Of a stretch of 64,000 nucleotides of DNA, positions 41,178-49,606 are shown one piece after another (positions within the stretch are counted from its first letter, which is position 1; every line of letters starts with the position of its first letter). Location: the IMG/VR virus record IMGVR_UViG_2860815047_000004; one strand, given 5' to 3'. This DNA comes from an uncultured virus (IMG/VR IMGVR_UViG_2860815047_000004) (lineage: Duplodnaviria > Heunggongvirae > Uroviricota > Caudoviricetes). A program made the position numbers and the translations under genes. The notes beneath the pieces were generated by a model. It saw only the letters and a list, made by a program, of their open reading frames with translations. It did not search any database and had not been told where the DNA came from.

Positions 41178-41729
41178 ATGGGTTATAGACATTATATGTA
41201 TAAAATCAGCAAGGAACTTGTAAACGAAATAAAATCAATGAATTACGATGAATTGTCCAAAAAGTTCGGTGTAATAGGAGAAGAAGGTTATTTCTATATA
41301 GGTAACCTGCCTAAAGAGGAAATTTGGGAGTTTGGGAAGTTGTATTGGGATGATACAGCCGACCGCATTTATTCAAAGGGACACCCCCTCTTTGAAAGAG
41401 AAGAAGTTATGAATGAATTATCGGATTATGTTCCATATATTGTTGGTAAAGAAGGGCTTGAAGAAGCTATTGAAATTTATAAAAACAAAGTCATTGCAAT
41501 GTACGAGAACTTGCTTATTGATGATAAAAATGGAACTGCTTCAGTAAAACAAGAGCAGCATATTAAGAACAACTTATCTGAGTGGACAAGAGGATGGGCG
41601 TTAAATACGGATATTAATGATTCATGGCTAACATCTTCTTGGAAATACGAATACAGCATTTTTGAGCTGGTCAGATTATTAAAAACCATAGATTTTGAGA
41701 AAGAGACAATATTATTTTACGGTTGGTGA
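41178..41729 (+). CDS. Hypothetical phage protein
   Basis: 183 aa; bounded by TAAAA-N6-TTTTA sites. Confidence 0.8.
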   Translation: MGYRHYMYKISKELVNEIKSMNYDELSKKFGVIGEEGYFYIGNLPKEEIWEFGKLYWDDTADRIYSKGHPLFEREEVMNELSDYVPYIVGKEGLEEAIEIYKNKVIAMYENLLIDDKNGTASVKQEQHIKNNLSEWTRGWALNTDINDSWLTSSWKYEYSIFELVRLLKTIDFEKETILFYGW

Positions 41730-41945
41730 TCTAAATAAAAGATCAATTTTATTTAATCCTTTTAATTTTTGTTCATCTAATTCTAAAATATCACCTAGTT
41801 GAATTGTGAATGGATAGTTCCTTTGTGTTACTGCGATACTCGATTTTTCGATTTCACTCGCATAATATACATAATCAGTAATGCCAATTTTATTTAGGGC
41901 AATCTGTCCGCAGCTCATTCCGTCAAATAAACTTAGTACTTTCAC
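41712..41945 (-). CDS. N-terminal part (motifs I-III) of a C5-cytosine methyltransferase, inverted
   Basis: KVLSLFDGMSCG, YASEIEK, LGDI; RBS GGAGTG. Confidence 0.9.
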   Translation of the reverse strand: MKVLSLFDGMSCGQIALNKIGITDYVYYASEIEKSSIAVTQRNYPFTIQLGDILELDEQKLKGLNKIDLLFRSPTVK

Positions 41946-41994
41946 TAAATCACTCCATATAATTTATTTTTATTCTAAATAAAATTGATCTTTT
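41737..41994. mobile_element. Invertible segment flanked by perfect 19-bp inverted repeats
   Basis: AAAAGATCAATTTTATTTA (41737-41755) and TAAATAAAATTGATCTTTT (41976-41994). Confidence 0.9.
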
Positions 41995-42703
41995 GCTAGG
42001 CGGGAGTCCATGTCAGAACCTCACTATAACTGTAGCTGATCGAGAAGAGCATTTTACAGGATTGGCAGGAGATAAATCAAAATTGTTCTTTGAGTATGTG
42101 AGGGCCTTAAAAACAGTTAAGCCCAGGTATTTTTTATATGAAAATGTTGAGAGCATGAAAGAGAAGGATAAAGAAACGATTACTAAGAACTTAGGCGTTG
42201 AACCAATAATGATAGACAGTGGACTACTTTCTGCACAGGAAAGAAAAAGATATTACTGGACTAACATTCCAAACGTTAAACAACCCAATGAAAGGCACCA
42301 GGTCTTAGCAGATATTCTTGAGGAAAACGTTGATGAAAAATATTATTACAATCTTAATTATGATTTTTATGGGTTGCATAAGCGAGTAGCTGCAAGGCTC
42401 GATTTATACAACTATGATATTTTACAAAGGGTATACAGTCCTCATTTTAAAGCTCCAACCTTAACAGCATGTAGAGGTGGTCATAAGCAAAAGAAAGTTA
42501 TACATAATGATAGAGTTAGAAAGCTTACTCCTCTGGAATACGAGAGACTGCAAACGGTGCCTGAAGGTTATACAAAAGGTGTTGCAGACAGTCATAGATA
42601 CAACATGCTTGGGGACGGATGGACAGTTGATGTAATAGCTCATATTTTAAGCTACGCTGATTTTTCAACGTCAAAGGGAGTGCAAACAGAAGCGGCAATT
42701 TAA
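41993..42703 (+). CDS. C-terminal part (motifs IV-X) of the C5-cytosine methyltransferase
   Basis: GGSPCQ, YENV, QERKR, RLQTVP, LGDGW; no RBS of its own. Confidence 0.92.
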   Translation: MLGGSPCQNLTITVADREEHFTGLAGDKSKLFFEYVRALKTVKPRYFLYENVESMKEKDKETITKNLGVEPIMIDSGLLSAQERKRYYWTNIPNVKQPNERHQVLADILEENVDEKYYYNLNYDFYGLHKRVAARLDLYNYDILQRVYSPHFKAPTLTACRGGHKQKKVIHNDRVRKLTPLEYERLQTVPEGYTKGVADSHRYNMLGDGWTVDVIAHILSYADFSTSKGVQTEAAI

Positions 42704-42744
42704 ATAAAATTTGTCTTTTAAAGAGTAAAAATAAAATACGAGAG

Positions 42745-42972
42745 GTGAAGTCTGCGGTGAAATATCCAGAAAGCTTAAAAGAGGAAGCCGAAAGAATTAA
42801 AGACGAAGTAAGAAGCGGCAAATTAGACGAGGGGAAAATAAAAGCCATTGCTAAGGCTGCAGTTGAGCTTTTAAGATCCGAAGAGAAGAGCCATACATAT
42901 TATGCAGAAGTTGCTGGTGCGATTGCTGCAAACCTAGAAGAGTTTTTTAAGACTTACCTAAAAGAGGATTAA
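42745..42972 (+). CDS. Hypothetical phage protein
   Basis: 75-aa ORF. Confidence 0.7.
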   Translation: MKSAVKYPESLKEEAERIKDEVRSGKLDEGKIKAIAKAAVELLRSEEKSHTYYAEVAGAIAANLEEFFKTYLKED

Positions 42973-43009
42973 TACAACAGGATAAAAAGAAAGGATAAAG
43001 GGATGTTTA

Positions 43010-43237
43010 TTGAAAAGGTACTATGTTAGATGTAAAGATCACAATGACGAAAACGCTTCTTTGGTAATTGAAGCAGCGTCTACAGAAGAGGCTAAACGAA
43101 AGGTATTAGACATACATAAGGTAAAGATTGTTTATAACGTGAGCATTGGTGAAGGTGGGGGGACAAATTACCTTCAGAGAAAACATTCACCGTACATAAA
43201 AAATAACAACAGCAAGGCGGTAATTATCTTTTCATAA
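43010..43237 (+). CDS. Hypothetical phage protein, YorX-like
   Basis: 75 aa; synteny. Confidence 0.65.
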   Translation: MKRYYVRCKDHNDENASLVIEAASTEEAKRKVLDIHKVKIVYNVSIGEGGGTNYLQRKHSPYIKNNNSKAVIIFS

Positions 43238-43251
43238 GGGAGGACGGATCC

Positions 43252-43449
43252 GTGCACATATCTGACCCAATAAAAGAAACACTTGTGCAAAATATAGATC
43301 AACTTAGTAGCAGAGTTGATGAGTTGTTCATTTATCTGGAAAATGAGTTGCCTTCAACATCTGAAAGACAATGGAAAACTATAGACAAAAAATTCGGTGA
43401 GATTTTTACTAAATCTAAGGAATTACAAAATTACATAAGTTGTTTATAA
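43252..43449 (+). CDS. Hypothetical phage protein
   Basis: RBS GGGAGG, 65 aa. Confidence 0.65.
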   Translation: MHISDPIKETLVQNIDQLSSRVDELFIYLENELPSTSERQWKTIDKKFGEIFTKSKELQNYISCL

Positions 43450-43632
43450 AGGTGAGCAATATCCCCTTGATATAAGGACATCTGTGTTACTTAATATTCA
43501 AAATCATCAGTATTTCTTAACAATTATTTATATGATTGGTAGCATTTATTAAAGAAAGAAGGTGATTTATGAGATTGTTTGATAAGTATTGGTGCCAGAT
43601 GAGAATTATATTTTTACAAAGGGGATATTTTA

Positions 43633-44394
43633 ATGAACAATTATTTTTATCGAACGATCTTAGCACTAGTTGCTGTATTTGTCCTGGCCTTTTCAACATT
43701 TCCTCCGAACAGTGACGCAAAGAGCACAATCTCAACAGATAATGTCGATAAGGGTAAAGTAAAGTCAGAGGCAGAATTTATTGCAGATTACACTATTGAT
43801 GTGAGTAAAAAGACTAAGGAAAAACTTCTATCCAAGGCAGAAAAAGCAATTGAAGATGGAGACATTAACTATCATAAATCAAACGAAAAGGTATTTGACA
43901 ATGCATCAGTTAGAGCTATTAAGTATGATGATGGTACAGTAACTTATTCGGTTTCTTATTTATACGTGGACACTGAAAAAGTAGACAGAGTTAGCTCATT
44001 TAATGTTTCGTTTGATAGCGATATGAATATTGAAGAATACTATGAAGTTGACATGAAGAAAATCAGCAGTACTCAAAACGAAATGAATTATTGGGTTAAT
44101 GGTGTTAAGGATGAAGATAAGTCTGGCGTCTTTGAAACAAAACAAACTTCAGAGGACAAAGTAAGTTCATCTAACATGATGAGTGCTCAGAAGAGTTGGA
44201 CTGGATGCGTATCAGATTGCTTAGGTGATAAGAATATTAGCCAATGGGCAATTACCGGTTTAGCTATTTTATGTGGAGCTGCATGTACAGCTGGTGTTCC
44301 AGCAACAGCGGGGACTGCTTGCTATGCTTGTGTAAATTCTGCTGGTATTATTGGTGTAAATGCATTCTTTGATTGTATGGAGAAGTGTAAATGA
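43633..44394 (+). CDS. Secreted precursor with Cys-rich hydrophobic C-terminus (halocin C8-like bacteriocin)
   Basis: Signal peptide (SDA), acidic pro-region, C-terminal about 65 aa with 8 Cys. Confidence 0.75.
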   Translation: MNNYFYRTILALVAVFVLAFSTFPPNSDAKSTISTDNVDKGKVKSEAEFIADYTIDVSKKTKEKLLSKAEKAIEDGDINYHKSNEKVFDNASVRAIKYDDGTVTYSVSYLYVDTEKVDRVSSFNVSFDSDMNIEEYYEVDMKKISSTQNEMNYWVNGVKDEDKSGVFETKQTSEDKVSSSNMMSAQKSWTGCVSDCLGDKNISQWAITGLAILCGAACTAGVPATAGTACYACVNSAGIIGVNAFFDCMEKCK

Positions 44395-44555
44395 TCAATA
44401 TCTTGAGTAAGATACTATTTATTTTGTCTGGTTGCGCATTGTTGATCTTTGGGATAATTTTAAAGGATGGATCAATGGCTTTTGGATTGTTTGTCTTATT
44501 CTTCATAGCGGCAATAATTGTTCGTGTATTTCATAAACGAACTCAAAACCATTAG
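44391..44555 (+). CDS. 54-aa two-TM protein, putative immunity (not in ORF track)
   Basis: ATGA-coupled; MINILSKILFILSGCALLIFG..FGLFVLFFIAAIIVRVF. Confidence 0.7.
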   Translation: MINILSKILFILSGCALLIFGIILKDGSMAFGLFVLFFIAAIIVRVFHKRTQNH

Positions 44556-44573
44556 CAGCAACCTTATTGTACT

Positions 44574-44600
44574 GTAGGGGAGGAAACTCTCCTACTTTTT
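44574..44600 (+). terminator. Intrinsic terminator
   Basis: GTAGGGGAG..CTCTCCTAC followed by TTTTT. Confidence 0.75.
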
Positions 44601-44687
44601 AAAAAATATTTAGAATAAAAATAAAATAGTTATTGATTAATTGATGAGATGCGAGTATATTAGAAATATAGGAAGCGAGGTGATGCA

Positions 44688-44873
44688 TTGGAGTGTGTTA
44701 AATGCAAGGATCACATTGGCGACATAGTTTATTACATAAGAATAACTGACAACAAAGAATATAAGGAATTCGCGGTACATAAAGAATGTGGAGAAGCAAT
44801 CAAGAAAGAATGCATTGAAAATTGTAAAGACATGAAATTAGAAAAGACATTGGGTTACTTGCAACTACTTTAA
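44688..44873 (+). CDS. Small Cys/His protein
   Basis: CVKC..HKEC; promoter TTGATT..TATATT upstream. Confidence 0.65.
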   Translation: MECVKCKDHIGDIVYYIRITDNKEYKEFAVHKECGEAIKKECIENCKDMKLEKTLGYLQLL

Positions 44874-44929
44874 GAGTAAAAATAAAATATTCCTTTTATC
44901 GAGATTCAAATGAAATGGAGAGATGTTAA

Positions 44930-45160
44930 ATGGATAAATTGAAAGTTTGTTTACATAAAAAAGGTGCTCATACGTTAGAAAGAACTGTTAATGGGGGCTG
45001 GATATTAGATTCAAAACAAATTACTCAGGATCAAGCAATTAATGAACTAGCTGAAGCGGTTAGTGATTTAGGATATTGGTGCCAAGTAGCAAAAGATGTT
45101 TTAGAAGAAGAAGACTTCAATGCAGTTCAAGAGGCGTATGAATACAAAGAGGAGGTATAA
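44930..45160 (+). CDS. Hypothetical protein
   Basis: 76 aa, RBS GGAG. Confidence 0.7.
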   Translation: MDKLKVCLHKKGAHTLERTVNGGWILDSKQITQDQAINELAEAVSDLGYWCQVAKDVLEEEDFNAVQEAYEYKEEV

Positions 45161-45358
45161 ATGGCTAAAACAAGACTAAACGGTTATTGGGATAACCGGC
45201 TAGATGCAAATGAAACCGTCTATGTAGATAGAGTATATAAGAAAGGATATGTAACAGGATTTAAGTATTTACAAGTTGGGGAGCATGAAGTTATTTCACC
45301 ATTTAGGGCTACATATGAAGAGTTAGAGGGGAAATTTAATCAACGGAAATATTCATAA
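45161..45358 (+). CDS. Hypothetical protein
   Basis: RBS GAGGAGG. Confidence 0.7.
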   Translation: MAKTRLNGYWDNRLDANETVYVDRVYKKGYVTGFKYLQVGEHEVISPFRATYEELEGKFNQRKYS

Positions 45359-45430
45359 TTTCCCGGGCAAGCGCAGTATACGACAAATTAGAACAATCAG
45401 AGATCACTGTTTTAAGAAAGGGTGGAGTAA

Positions 45431-45769
45431 ATGGCCAACACACAATCTTTAAAAGAGAAAAAAGAAAAGCTAGAGAAAGAGAAAAGGATTTTAGAAGAGA
45501 AACTGAAAGATGTTGAGTCTAATATTACTAAAATTAATAATATGCAAAAGCCTTATGTAGCAAATGTCTCAGCATATAGTGGGCATTACTCAATGCAATT
45601 TGAAAAAGAGGAAAAAGCAAAGAAAAAGCTATATGAATATGCAAGTAAAAGATATTTCAAAAATGGGTTGAATTATGGTGTTTATCTTTATAAGTGGAAT
45701 GAAGACGGGAGCAAAACACTCTTGGAATCAATTCCACTAGGACGTGAAAATTTTGAGCCTAGGCTGTAA
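45431..45769 (+). CDS. Hypothetical coiled-coil protein
   Basis: 112 aa, RBS GGAG. Confidence 0.7.
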   Translation: MANTQSLKEKKEKLEKEKRILEEKLKDVESNITKINNMQKPYVANVSAYSGHYSMQFEKEEKAKKKLYEYASKRYFKNGLNYGVYLYKWNEDGSKTLLESIPLGRENFEPRL

Positions 45770-45955
45770 GAGGCTATTTAAAGCAATCAATTATAAATAA
45801 AATTCAATTTTTATAAAGAAAGGAGCAACTGAAATGCAGGATAAATTAACTTCAGCAGTTCGCTTTATTGAGGTTAATCGGGATGAAATGGGTGACAAGA
45901 AATCACTAAACATGCTTTTAAAAGCCTTAAAGAAAATCATCAATGAGGGAGAAAA

Positions 45956-46276
45956 ATGAGGTTTCACATACTTGAAGAGAAACAAATGAGGAACATCGGT
46001 TTTACAGATCACGTGAAATCAAAGTGGTACTTCATAAAAACAATCCAGCCTAACATCACATTTAATTTAACAATACATAAAAAGAGTCTAAAAGGTGAAA
46101 TTGATGTTCTAAGCGAAAGATGTTTGCAACCTTATGATTATCAGTACTACATGAATGCTAATACAAGAGAAAAACTTGAATTTCCACATATCATACATGA
46201 TAAAGTCCAAGAAATTATGTCCTACTTAATTGAAGAGGGAATTATCTCAGATTACACATTGGGCAGTTACATTTAA
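45956..46276 (+). CDS. Hypothetical protein
   Basis: 106 aa, RBS GAGGGAG. Confidence 0.7.
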   Translation: MRFHILEEKQMRNIGFTDHVKSKWYFIKTIQPNITFNLTIHKKSLKGEIDVLSERCLQPYDYQYYMNANTREKLEFPHIIHDKVQEIMSYLIEEGIISDYTLGSYI

Positions 46277-46288
46277 GGAGGTGGATAA

Positions 46289-46696
46289 GTGGTACGCCAT
46301 AAAGCAACATTTGAAGGGAAGGTAATTAAGAAAAGTTGGACATTAGGTCTGTGTGATGCCCTTGTCCCAATTGAGCAGCAATGTGAATTCCAGACATTTT
46401 TTGAAGGAATCATCGACTTAGACCCAATTGAAGTTGGTGGAAAGGTTTATATTCCTGGGTTTAACGAATACGTAGTCGTAACAGACAGGCAGCGCAACAC
46501 AAAAAATGAATGGACATATCAGACTGATAAGGTAATTAAAACAATTGAAGATAAAAAAAGTCTTGAAAAAGCAATTCAAAAACAAGAAAAAATCGAGGAA
46601 TTTAATCAGCAACTTAAACAAGAATATGAACGCTTTAAAGAGCAAGAAGAAAAACGTAAAGCTTCCTGGTGGAAGAGGCTAATTAAAAAAGACTAA
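46289..46696 (+). CDS. yosD: Hypothetical phage protein, YosD-like
   Basis: 135 aa; synteny. Confidence 0.65.
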   Translation: MVRHKATFEGKVIKKSWTLGLCDALVPIEQQCEFQTFFEGIIDLDPIEVGGKVYIPGFNEYVVVTDRQRNTKNEWTYQTDKVIKTIEDKKSLEKAIQKQEKIEEFNQQLKQEYERFKEQEEKRKASWWKRLIKKD

Positions 46697-46710
46697 AGGA
46701 GAGATATTTA

Positions 46711-47058
46711 TTGAATAAGGATACAAAAGATATTTGGAACGGTTTCTTTATCGGATCAGGTTCTCTAATTGTAGTTGGGTTACTCATTTTTGTTGAAGCA
46801 TTGACTATGTCACTAGTTGTCTATTATGGATTGAATCACGTATTAAATCCTTTGCTTATTGATACATACAACATTCAAAATGTCCATGTCACTTTACCTC
46901 ATTCATTTGTTATTGGTGTTTTACTCAACGTATTTGTCAAAGGTGTAAAACGGTCAGATCAGGAAAAAGATGAGAACATTTTCAAGAAAGCCGGTAAGTC
47001 TTTACTTCATTCAGCTTTTGCATTGATTGTTCTGTATGTCAGTACATTGTTTATTTAA
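46711..47058 (+). CDS. yosE: Membrane protein, YosE-like
   Basis: 115 aa, multiple TM segments; synteny. Confidence 0.65.
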   Translation: MNKDTKDIWNGFFIGSGSLIVVGLLIFVEALTMSLVVYYGLNHVLNPLLIDTYNIQNVHVTLPHSFVIGVLLNVFVKGVKRSDQEKDENIFKKAGKSLLHSAFALIVLYVSTLFI

Positions 47059-47069
47059 CGAGGAGAAAC

Positions 47070-47408
47070 TTGCATGAACTTAAATACATGGAGAGTGATG
47101 TTATGGAATTAACAAAGAAGATTACAACAGCTAGAGGTACATATGAAATTAAATTGTTAGTTGAAGAAGGAAAAATTTTAAGATGGAACATCCTAGAATG
47201 GGAGGTTAAGGATCTTGCTACGGGGAGCATACTGGCTGCGGGGAATGGAGTCCCTGGATTAGCCATGCAGTTAGATTTAGGGAAATTGAGTTTAATAACA
47301 CAAGTTAAAAAAATTATTGAAAAAGTAGAAGCGGATGAATTGCGAAAGAAAAATAGGAAGGAAGACATTGAAGAATTTAATGGCTGGAGCGGTGTTCTGA
47401 ACGCATAA
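47070..47408 (+). CDS. Hypothetical phage protein
   Basis: C-terminus DIEEFNGWSGV, paralogous to 47844-48137. Confidence 0.7.
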   Translation: MHELKYMESDVMELTKKITTARGTYEIKLLVEEGKILRWNILEWEVKDLATGSILAAGNGVPGLAMQLDLGKLSLITQVKKIIEKVEADELRKKNRKEDIEEFNGWSGVLNA

Positions 47409-47434
47409 CTGGATAAAGATTGAGGAGGATTGTA

Positions 47435-47806
47435 ATGAGAGGAATAAAGTTCCGTTCTTGGATTAAGGACAAAAAAGAGATGATTTATGAATTTACTTTA
47501 AAGCAGCCAACGACCAGTCATTGTAAGAAAAACATCCTTATGCAGTACACGGGACTTAAGGATAAGTACGGTCGGCATATTTATGAGGGGGACATCATCC
47601 AAACATCTTATATGAAAACTAGAGGTTGCGCTTACCGTTGTGTTTTCTCTGCAGAGTTCGGCGGATACTTATTTGAGCCTTTTGTTATTGGAGATAAAGA
47701 TGCTCCTCTAATAGGTGTCGAGGAATTTGCCCAACAGTGGGAAGATGTCAAACACGGTGAAGTTATCGGAAATATTTATGAAGATCCAGAGATTTTAAGT
47801 AATTGA
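47435..47806 (+). CDS. YopX-family protein (second copy)
   Basis: MRGIKFR..MQYTGLKDK..IYEGDII..EVIGNIYE. Confidence 0.9.
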   Translation: MRGIKFRSWIKDKKEMIYEFTLKQPTTSHCKKNILMQYTGLKDKYGRHIYEGDIIQTSYMKTRGCAYRCVFSAEFGGYLFEPFVIGDKDAPLIGVEEFAQQWEDVKHGEVIGNIYEDPEILSN

Positions 47807-47843
47807 ATAAAAGTTTTATTTCATTGAAAACGAGGGGCGAATA

Positions 47844-48137
47844 ATGAAAAGTTTTGAAAAACTTGTTGTAATTGATGGATATCAATTTAGAATCACATTC
47901 TTTGCCAAAGAAACCAGTCGCCTCGGACAGTGGTTAATAGACGAAGTTGTGGTTAAGGACAATGAAAAAAACAAAGTTGTATACCGAGGCAATCCATTCT
48001 TCGGAAGTGCCCAGACACTTAAAGGTGCGTTTGAAGAGTCTGCAAGAGCTGCAAGAAAACGTTTATTAAGAAGCAAAGAAATTAATAACGATATTAAAGA
48101 ATTGGAAAGCTGGGATGGAGTTATAAATTTTAATTAA
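47844..48137 (+). CDS. Hypothetical phage protein
   Basis: C-terminus DIKELESWDGV; bounded by TAAAA-N6-TTTYA sites. Confidence 0.7.
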   Translation: MKSFEKLVVIDGYQFRITFFAKETSRLGQWLIDEVVVKDNEKNKVVYRGNPFFGSAQTLKGAFEESARAARKRLLRSKEINNDIKELESWDGVINFN

Positions 48138-48349
48138 AAGGATGATTTTAAGGAGTTGATTAGACATTAGTATAAGTCAAAGGCAGTCTCAACGTATTCG
48201 GGAAGCTCTGATAAGTTCAAATGCAACTGCTGAGGAAATTGGAATGGATAAAGCATTATCAGAAGTTCTCGATCTACTCAAGAGAAGAATTTTGGAGCTG
48301 GAATCTTTGTATTATCCAGAGTGGGAATATGAAAATGCAAAAGTGAAGC

Positions 48350-48661
48350 TTGAAGAGCTTAGAGAAATGGTTAATAGAATTAATACACTTCGAGGAATCG
48401 GAAAGGATGATGAGGATGAATAAAAAATTCGGATTGTGCATTAGAGGAGAACTTGTTAAAACTTATGATGATGCGGTTAAAGCTCACATAGATGCTATTT
48501 TTGCTCAAGAAGAAATTGGAGTTCCACATGAGGTGATTCAAATGAATTTACATATGGATGAGGCAATTGAATTCCTCAATAAGTATGATAGCAGTTCAAA
48601 AAGCGCACAAGATGCTCAGACTTTATTAAGAAATTTAAGGACACTATTCCAACAAAACTAA
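48350..48661 (+). CDS. Hypothetical protein (start uncertain)
   Basis: ORF; likely start near 48407-48416. Confidence 0.55.
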   Translation: MKSLEKWLIELIHFEESERMMRMNKKFGLCIRGELVKTYDDAVKAHIDAIFAQEEIGVPHEVIQMNLHMDEAIEFLNKYDSSSKSAQDAQTLLRNLRTLFQQN

Positions 48662-48695
48662 ATAAAATCACAGTTTCATAGGAAGGGGAAGTAGT

Positions 48696-48845
48696 ATGAG
48701 TGCAGCAAGAAAGTGGAGAGATTTGAGAAGCAAATTAATTGGATATAAGGTCTACGGTAAATTCAGCGATGTTGTTATTGACCATATTCTCAATGATATG
48801 GATAAGTTAGACGTAAGACATGACAAAGATAAAAACAAAAAATAA
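48696..48845 (+). CDS. 49-aa protein (not in ORF track)
   Basis: MSAARKWRDLRSKLIG...; RBS AAGGGG. Confidence 0.6.
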   Translation: MSAARKWRDLRSKLIGYKVYGKFSDVVIDHILNDMDKLDVRHDKDKNKK

Positions 48846-48863
48846 AGAAAAGGGAGTTGTGGA

Positions 48864-49214
48864 ATGGGAGCTGCTAAACAGTTATACGTTAAGCGCAGTC
48901 ACTTTGTAACTTTGGATGAAGCAAAAGAAAATACGCAAGTACATATGAAAAATGGTGGTTCTTACACTGCTTTAAAAGGAGAGCTGATTGCGACCAACCT
49001 TGAAGGGGATCAAATGGTTATCACACAAGAGCAGAAAGAAGATTATATCCCAGTATCAATGTCAGAGCTTTCTGATTTAAAAGCTAAGATGGCCAAAGGT
49101 TACATGGAAATGGGAGATATTAATTTAGAAATGTCTGAAGCATTCCATTATGCTGAAAATGAAGCAGAAACAACTACAAACAGCTTAGTTAACGGGGAAT
49201 ATAAAGAATATTGA
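48864..49214 (+). CDS. yosL: YosL, protein with C-terminal MazE-mimic segment
   Basis: MAKGYMEMGDINLEMSEAFHYAENEAE; directly upstream of nrdI. Confidence 0.88.
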   Translation: MGAAKQLYVKRSHFVTLDEAKENTQVHMKNGGSYTALKGELIATNLEGDQMVITQEQKEDYIPVSMSELSDLKAKMAKGYMEMGDINLEMSEAFHYAENEAETTTNSLVNGEYKEY

Positions 49215-49606
49215 TTTTTACATATGAAAGCAAGACAGGTAACGTGAAAAGGTTTGCCCAAGCATTACAAAGGGAGTTAAACTTCGATGTCATTGAAATT
49301 ACAGATGACTTAATCGTTGAAGAAGAATTCATACATATTACATATACGATAGGCTTTGGGGAAGTACCTGAAAGGACTTTGAATTTTATTATTAAGAATA
49401 AAAATAAAATAAAAGGTGTTGTTGTGAGTGGTAACAAGGTTTGGGGTGATAACTATGGTTTAGCTGGGGACAAGCTCTCAGCAATGTTCCACGTACCATT
49501 GTTATTAAAGTTTGAACTAAGTGGAACAAAACAAGATTTGCAGAAGATTAATCGGGAGGTACAACTTATTGACAAACACAATACCAAAGTGGATCAAGCT
49601 CAATAA
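49211..49606 (+). CDS. nrdI: Class Ib RNR flavodoxin
   Basis: SKTGNVKRF, SGNKVWG, KFELSG. Confidence 0.95.
   Translation: MIFTYESKTGNVKRFAQALQRELNFDVIEITDDLIVEEEFIHITYTIGFGEVPERTLNFIIKNKNKIKGVVVSGNKVWGDNYGLAGDKLSAMFHVPLLLKFELSGTKQDLQKINREVQLIDKHNTKVDQAQ

Noticed and set aside
49521..49568. nrdE start at 49521
   Set aside because: The GGAGGT RBS supports TTG at 49569.
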